The notes under the pieces: model-generated | The model's input: the letters and a program-made list of their open reading frames with translations, nothing else | Databases searched by the model: none | Told to the model about the DNA's origin: nothing | Translations under genes and position numbers: made by a program | Shown here: positions 61,198 through 64,000 of the stretch, piece by piece | How positions within the stretch are numbered: the stretch's first letter is position 1 | How the letters are laid out: each line of letters starts with the position of its first letter | Assembly: GCA_965205975.1 (NCBI GenBank) | Contig: OZ242195.1 | Coordinates: 416,001-480,000, forward strand | Source: Candidatus Latescibacterota bacterium | GTDB taxonomy: Bacteria; Latescibacterota; UBA2968 | Direction: 5' to 3' | Length of the DNA stretch: 64,000 nt

Positions 61198-61584
61198 TTA
61201 CTGTTCCTTACATTTTTGTCTTGAATTATGGGGTATTACGTTTTCTAAGTAGTGCTGTTCAGAGACGGGGTGCTCCATACCAAGATAGCGTGCTACTGTC
61301 GCATAGGGCGTCAATTTTCCTGCCCGGTGAATGTCGTCGGGCACATGTTGTCCGTTTGATTCCAATACGGTCAATAGCTGGTCGAGATCATGCACATACG
61401 GAAACTCAATATCGCATGCGATCATTATGCCCTTGATGGCTTTCTCCGCCGCCTGTTGGGCATCAAAACACAAGTCTTCGAGATAGGTACCGGGAATTCG
61501 GTTTTTTGCTCGAATTAGATTGCTACTGGCGCGGTTCAGCCATTCCCGGGGGTCGTAGGGTGGGAAGCGTTCAGGCTGCTTCAT
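61198..61584 (-). CDS. HEPN domain protein (MNT partner); C-terminus apparently replaced
   Basis: CFDAQQAAEKAIK, HDL..L, ARY; start overlaps the MNT 3' end. Confidence 0.8.
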   Translation of the reverse strand: MKQPERFPPYDPREWLNRASSNLIRAKNRIPGTYLEDLCFDAQQAAEKAIKGIMIACDIEFPYVHDLDQLLTVLESNGQHVPDDIHRAGKLTPYATVARYLGMEHPVSEQHYLENVIPHNSRQKCKEQ

Positions 61585-61885
61585 ATATGACCCTTCCCTC
61601 TCGCAGTGCGGGCTTGATCACCAGTGCGTGACTATCCTTATAACGTTCCATCTGCGCTGGCGTGACCACGATTGCATCTACCGCCACGCCAATGCCGCGC
61701 AAATTCCCGTAGATGTCTCCCATAACAGTCCACGGATCGCTACCGTCCTTTACGACAAGCAGGTCAACGTCGCTATGGCGATTCACATCGCCCCTCGCGG
61801 CGGACCCGAAGAGAATGATCTTCTCTGGATGAGCGACCTCTACAATGCGCCGGATGATGTCGTTCAGGGTTGATTGATCCAGCAT
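61571..61885 (-). CDS. Minimal nucleotidyltransferase (MNT)
   Basis: IILFGSAARG, SDVDLLVV, VDAIV, ALREGRVIYE. Confidence 0.9.
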   Translation of the reverse strand: MLDQSTLNDIIRRIVEVAHPEKIILFGSAARGDVNRHSDVDLLVVKDGSDPWTVMGDIYGNLRGIGVAVDAIVVTPAQMERYKDSHALVIKPALREGRVIYEAA

Positions 61886-61919
61886 CGTATTATCTTTTGT
61901 ATGCTCACGTCATGTGTAA

Positions 61920-62000
61920 CTATGTAACTATAGGATAGTATTCAGCACGTAGCCGGACAACGACCTGCTCCGATATATTTTTGTCGGCAAGTATTCTCAT
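61920..62000 (-). pseudogene. Truncated DUF5615 PIN-like toxin
   Basis: MRILADKNISEQVVVRLRAE... starts immediately after the DUF433 stop and ends after 26 codons. Resembles the MxxLxDEN N-terminus of DUF5615. Confidence 0.7.
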
Positions 62001-62276
62001 CTACCGTTTGCCATCCATAATCGCGTCAATATCCGCCCAGGTCACATTGGACAGCTTTGCACCAGTGGCGGCGTACTCCCGACAAGCTCGGATATCTTTC
62101 AGGGTAATGTGCGAATACCTGCGGATGATATCGGCTTCGCTGCGTCCTCCGTCCAGCAATTCCATGATCAGTTCCACTGAAATCCGAGTGCCTTTTATTG
62201 TTGGTTTTCCGACCAGAATCAACGGGTCAGTGACGATGCGATCTTGCCAGATTGGATTCTTTTCTGTTTTGGCCAT
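62001..62276 (-). CDS. DUF433 family antitoxin
   Basis: RIVTDP.ILVGKPTIKGTRISV...DIRACREYA; AGGAG RBS. Confidence 0.9.
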   Translation of the reverse strand: MAKTEKNPIWQDRIVTDPLILVGKPTIKGTRISVELIMELLDGGRSEADIIRRYSHITLKDIRACREYAATGAKLSNVTWADIDAIMDGKR

Positions 62277-62355
62277 AGCCTATCTCCTTTTTTGTCCCTG
62301 GATCTCCTCAATCCCATTACCCGAAGTATTTAAAAAAGCTCCAGGTGACAAAGAC

Positions 62356-62384
62356 AGTATATTCAGTTCTGCATGTTTTGTCAA
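62356..62384 (-). promoter_or_regulatory. Near-consensus sigma70 promoter upstream of the DUF433 gene
   Basis: Minus strand TTGACA-17 nt-TATACT. Confidence 0.7.
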
Positions 62385-62646
62385 CGCGCTGTTCTCATCA
62401 ACTAAGGCTTATAGAACTCTGTACTTTCTGGATAAAAAAGGGGACCGGGATCGGGAAGCGATATGGATTTTGCTGGTGCGGGTTGGGGACTCACTGTATA
62501 ATGACGGTCAAAGTACACGACAAAAAACGGGTTCGATATTTATCATTTGCGCGTGAATTCAGGTCGCATCCTGGACCACCTCCGCAAACACAGTTCTGAA
62601 GCCTACGCCAGGATCATGGAAAAAGAATAAAGAAAGGAAAGACAAG

Positions 62647-63471
62647 ATGTATCGTCATTGTATTTGTACAGGTGTATTCATTCTTCTGAGCCTTCCCCTT
62701 TGGTCACAACAGGACACCGGGAACAGTGCGCCTTCACCTGGCGAGACTTTTCAAGATTGTAATGAATGTCCAAAGATGGTTGTCGTGCCATCGGGAAGGT
62801 TCACGATGGGATCATCCAGGGGAGAGGCGGGTCATGAAGATGATGAAGAACCGCTACGCAGGGTGCGTATAGATTACCGGTTTGCCGTAGGCGTCTATGA
62901 GGTGACATTTGCCGAGTGGTATGCATGTATGGATGCAGGTGGTTGTGGGAGCTACGTTCCGGATGATATGCGCTGGGGCCGCGGAAATCGTCCAGTGATC
63001 AATGTGAGTTGGGACGATGCCCAGTCTTATGTGAGTTGGTTGTCAGCCCGGACGGGTAAAACGTATCGTTTATTGAGTGAATCGGAATGGGAGTATGTGG
63101 CGCGCGCAGGCACAGAGACAGCATATAGCTGGGGTGACAGCATCGGTGTCAACCGTGCCAATTGCGAGGGTTGCGGCAGTCAGTGGGATGATAAGATGAC
63201 AGCGCCAGTGGGATCATTCGCAGCCAATGTCTGGGGCGTGTACGATATGCACGGCAATGTGTGGGAGTGGGTGCAAGACTGCTATAATGACAGCTATGAA
63301 GGCGCACCTACAGATGGAAGTGCTTGGACGTCTGAGGACTGCTCCGAGCGCGTGTTGCGTGGTGGTTCGGCGAAAAGCGTCCCGAGTTACCTGCGTTCGG
63401 CGCGTCGTCTCAGTCATACCACCGGAAGCCGGTACCGTGACCTCGGTTTTCGAGTTGCCCGGTCTTTTTAG
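62647..63471 (+). CDS. Secreted FGE-sulfatase/SUMF1 domain (C-type lectin fold) protein, paralog of 57622-58395
   Basis: Signal peptide; FQDC.ECPKMV, RLLSESEWEYVARAG, DMHGNVWEW, RVLRGG, GFRVAR. Confidence 0.9.
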   Translation: MYRHCICTGVFILLSLPLWSQQDTGNSAPSPGETFQDCNECPKMVVVPSGRFTMGSSRGEAGHEDDEEPLRRVRIDYRFAVGVYEVTFAEWYACMDAGGCGSYVPDDMRWGRGNRPVINVSWDDAQSYVSWLSARTGKTYRLLSESEWEYVARAGTETAYSWGDSIGVNRANCEGCGSQWDDKMTAPVGSFAANVWGVYDMHGNVWEWVQDCYNDSYEGAPTDGSAWTSEDCSERVLRGGSAKSVPSYLRSARRLSHTTGSRYRDLGFRVARSF

Positions 63472-63533
63472 CTGGGGGAAAGAAGTAGATGCATCTGATT
63501 GGGAAGGTGAGGCTTTTCATCAGTTTGTACGCC

Positions 63534-64000
63534 TCATGCAAGCGTTGTCTCAAACCCTATCAGATTGCGGGTCTCGCGGCTGAATTCTACCCCGATCATA
63601 AAAATCGGCTCGCCCAGATCGCGGTATTTGTCCGCATATCCCTTTGCCTGCAATTGCGCCATTGCAGACCCTTCCGGTGCCAATTCCACCACTTTGAACT
63701 CGAACAGATACACATTGTTGTTGAAACGAACCGCCATGTCCAGACGCCCATCGCTGCCACTGTCTTCCACAACGATGTCGAATCCCACCGATGCGAAGTA
63801 GGAGTAGAACACGCTGGCGTAGTAGCCTTCGTAGTTCGCTATATCATTGTTTGTGTGCCACTGATAGGGAATGCTGGCGAAGAATGCCTTGAACAGGCTT
63901 TCCAGGCCAGCGAAGTCATTGATCAGCAACAGGTCATACAGACGGGCGCGATGCTCCGTGCGCTGTGAGGGATCGCCAGTCAGGTGATTTAGCAGGCTCC
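63534..64000 (-). CDS. C-terminal PD-(D/E)XK nuclease domain of an AAA-ATPase-like protein (5' part outside window)
   Basis: EGYYASVFY, GRLDM, LFEFK, AMAQL..KGY..KY, IGVEF; frame open to the window edge. Confidence 0.85.
   Translation of the reverse strand, partial: SLLNHLTGDPSQRTEHRARLYDLLLINDFAGLESLFKAFFASIPYQWHTNNDIANYEGYYASVFYSYFASVGFDIVVEDSGSDGRLDMAVRFNNNVYLFEFKVVELAPEGSAMAQLQAKGYADKYRDLGEPIFMIGVEFSRETRNLIGFETTLA

Noticed and set aside
58740..61885. CBASS (nucleotidyltransferase plus patatin)
   Set aside because: The nucleotidyltransferase is a 104 aa MNT paired with HEPN, far too small for a CD-NTase.
57622..63471. FGE-domain genes as maturases for the sulfatase at 46403
   Set aside because: Both lack the catalytic Cys pair after RGG and carry signal peptides, while the sulfatase has none.
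56400..64000. A complete DGR in the window
   Set aside because: No reverse transcriptase, Avd or AAC-rich template repeat was found in the ORFs or intergenic regions.

Overview
Bacterial chromosomal window of roughly 50% GC with about 60 genes. No rRNA, tRNA, CRISPR array or transposase was recognised. The gene content suggests a Latescibacterota/Gemmatimonadota-like, possibly sponge-associated organism (inference only). Main blocks: (1) about 0-26 kb and 42-56 kb are a dense run of sugar/acid catabolic enzymes: five Gfo/Idh/MocA oxidoreductases, three MDR dehydrogenases, two TIM-barrel isomerases, two HpcH aldolases, two tandem amidohydrolase pairs, esterases, a sulfatase, NagA and a DgoD-like dehydratase. 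(2) 26.9-39.2 kb is a complete alternative complex III (actABCDEF plus an actG-like gene), SCO and A2-type caa3 cytochrome c oxidase operon. (3) Two accessory islands: 14.2-16.5 kb holds a GmrSD-like nuclease and an MNT antitoxin whose toxin is deleted; 56.4-64 kb holds a repeat protein, a membrane patatin, broken toxin-antitoxin pairs and an AAA/PD-(D/E)XK fragment. The strongest novel signal is two secreted FGE/C-type-lectin-fold paralogs whose last 45 codons differ mostly at codon positions 1-2 of NNC/NNT codons, as expected for diversity-generating-retroelement (DGR) targets. No reverse transcriptase or template repeat is present in the window. Other signals: all three TA loci have damaged toxins and intact antitoxins, an IorA-like enzyme lacks its ferredoxin domain and IorB, a DASS transporter is frameshifted at C-AAA-AAG, and a 29-bp promoter is shared by actA and the neighbouring desaturase-like gene.
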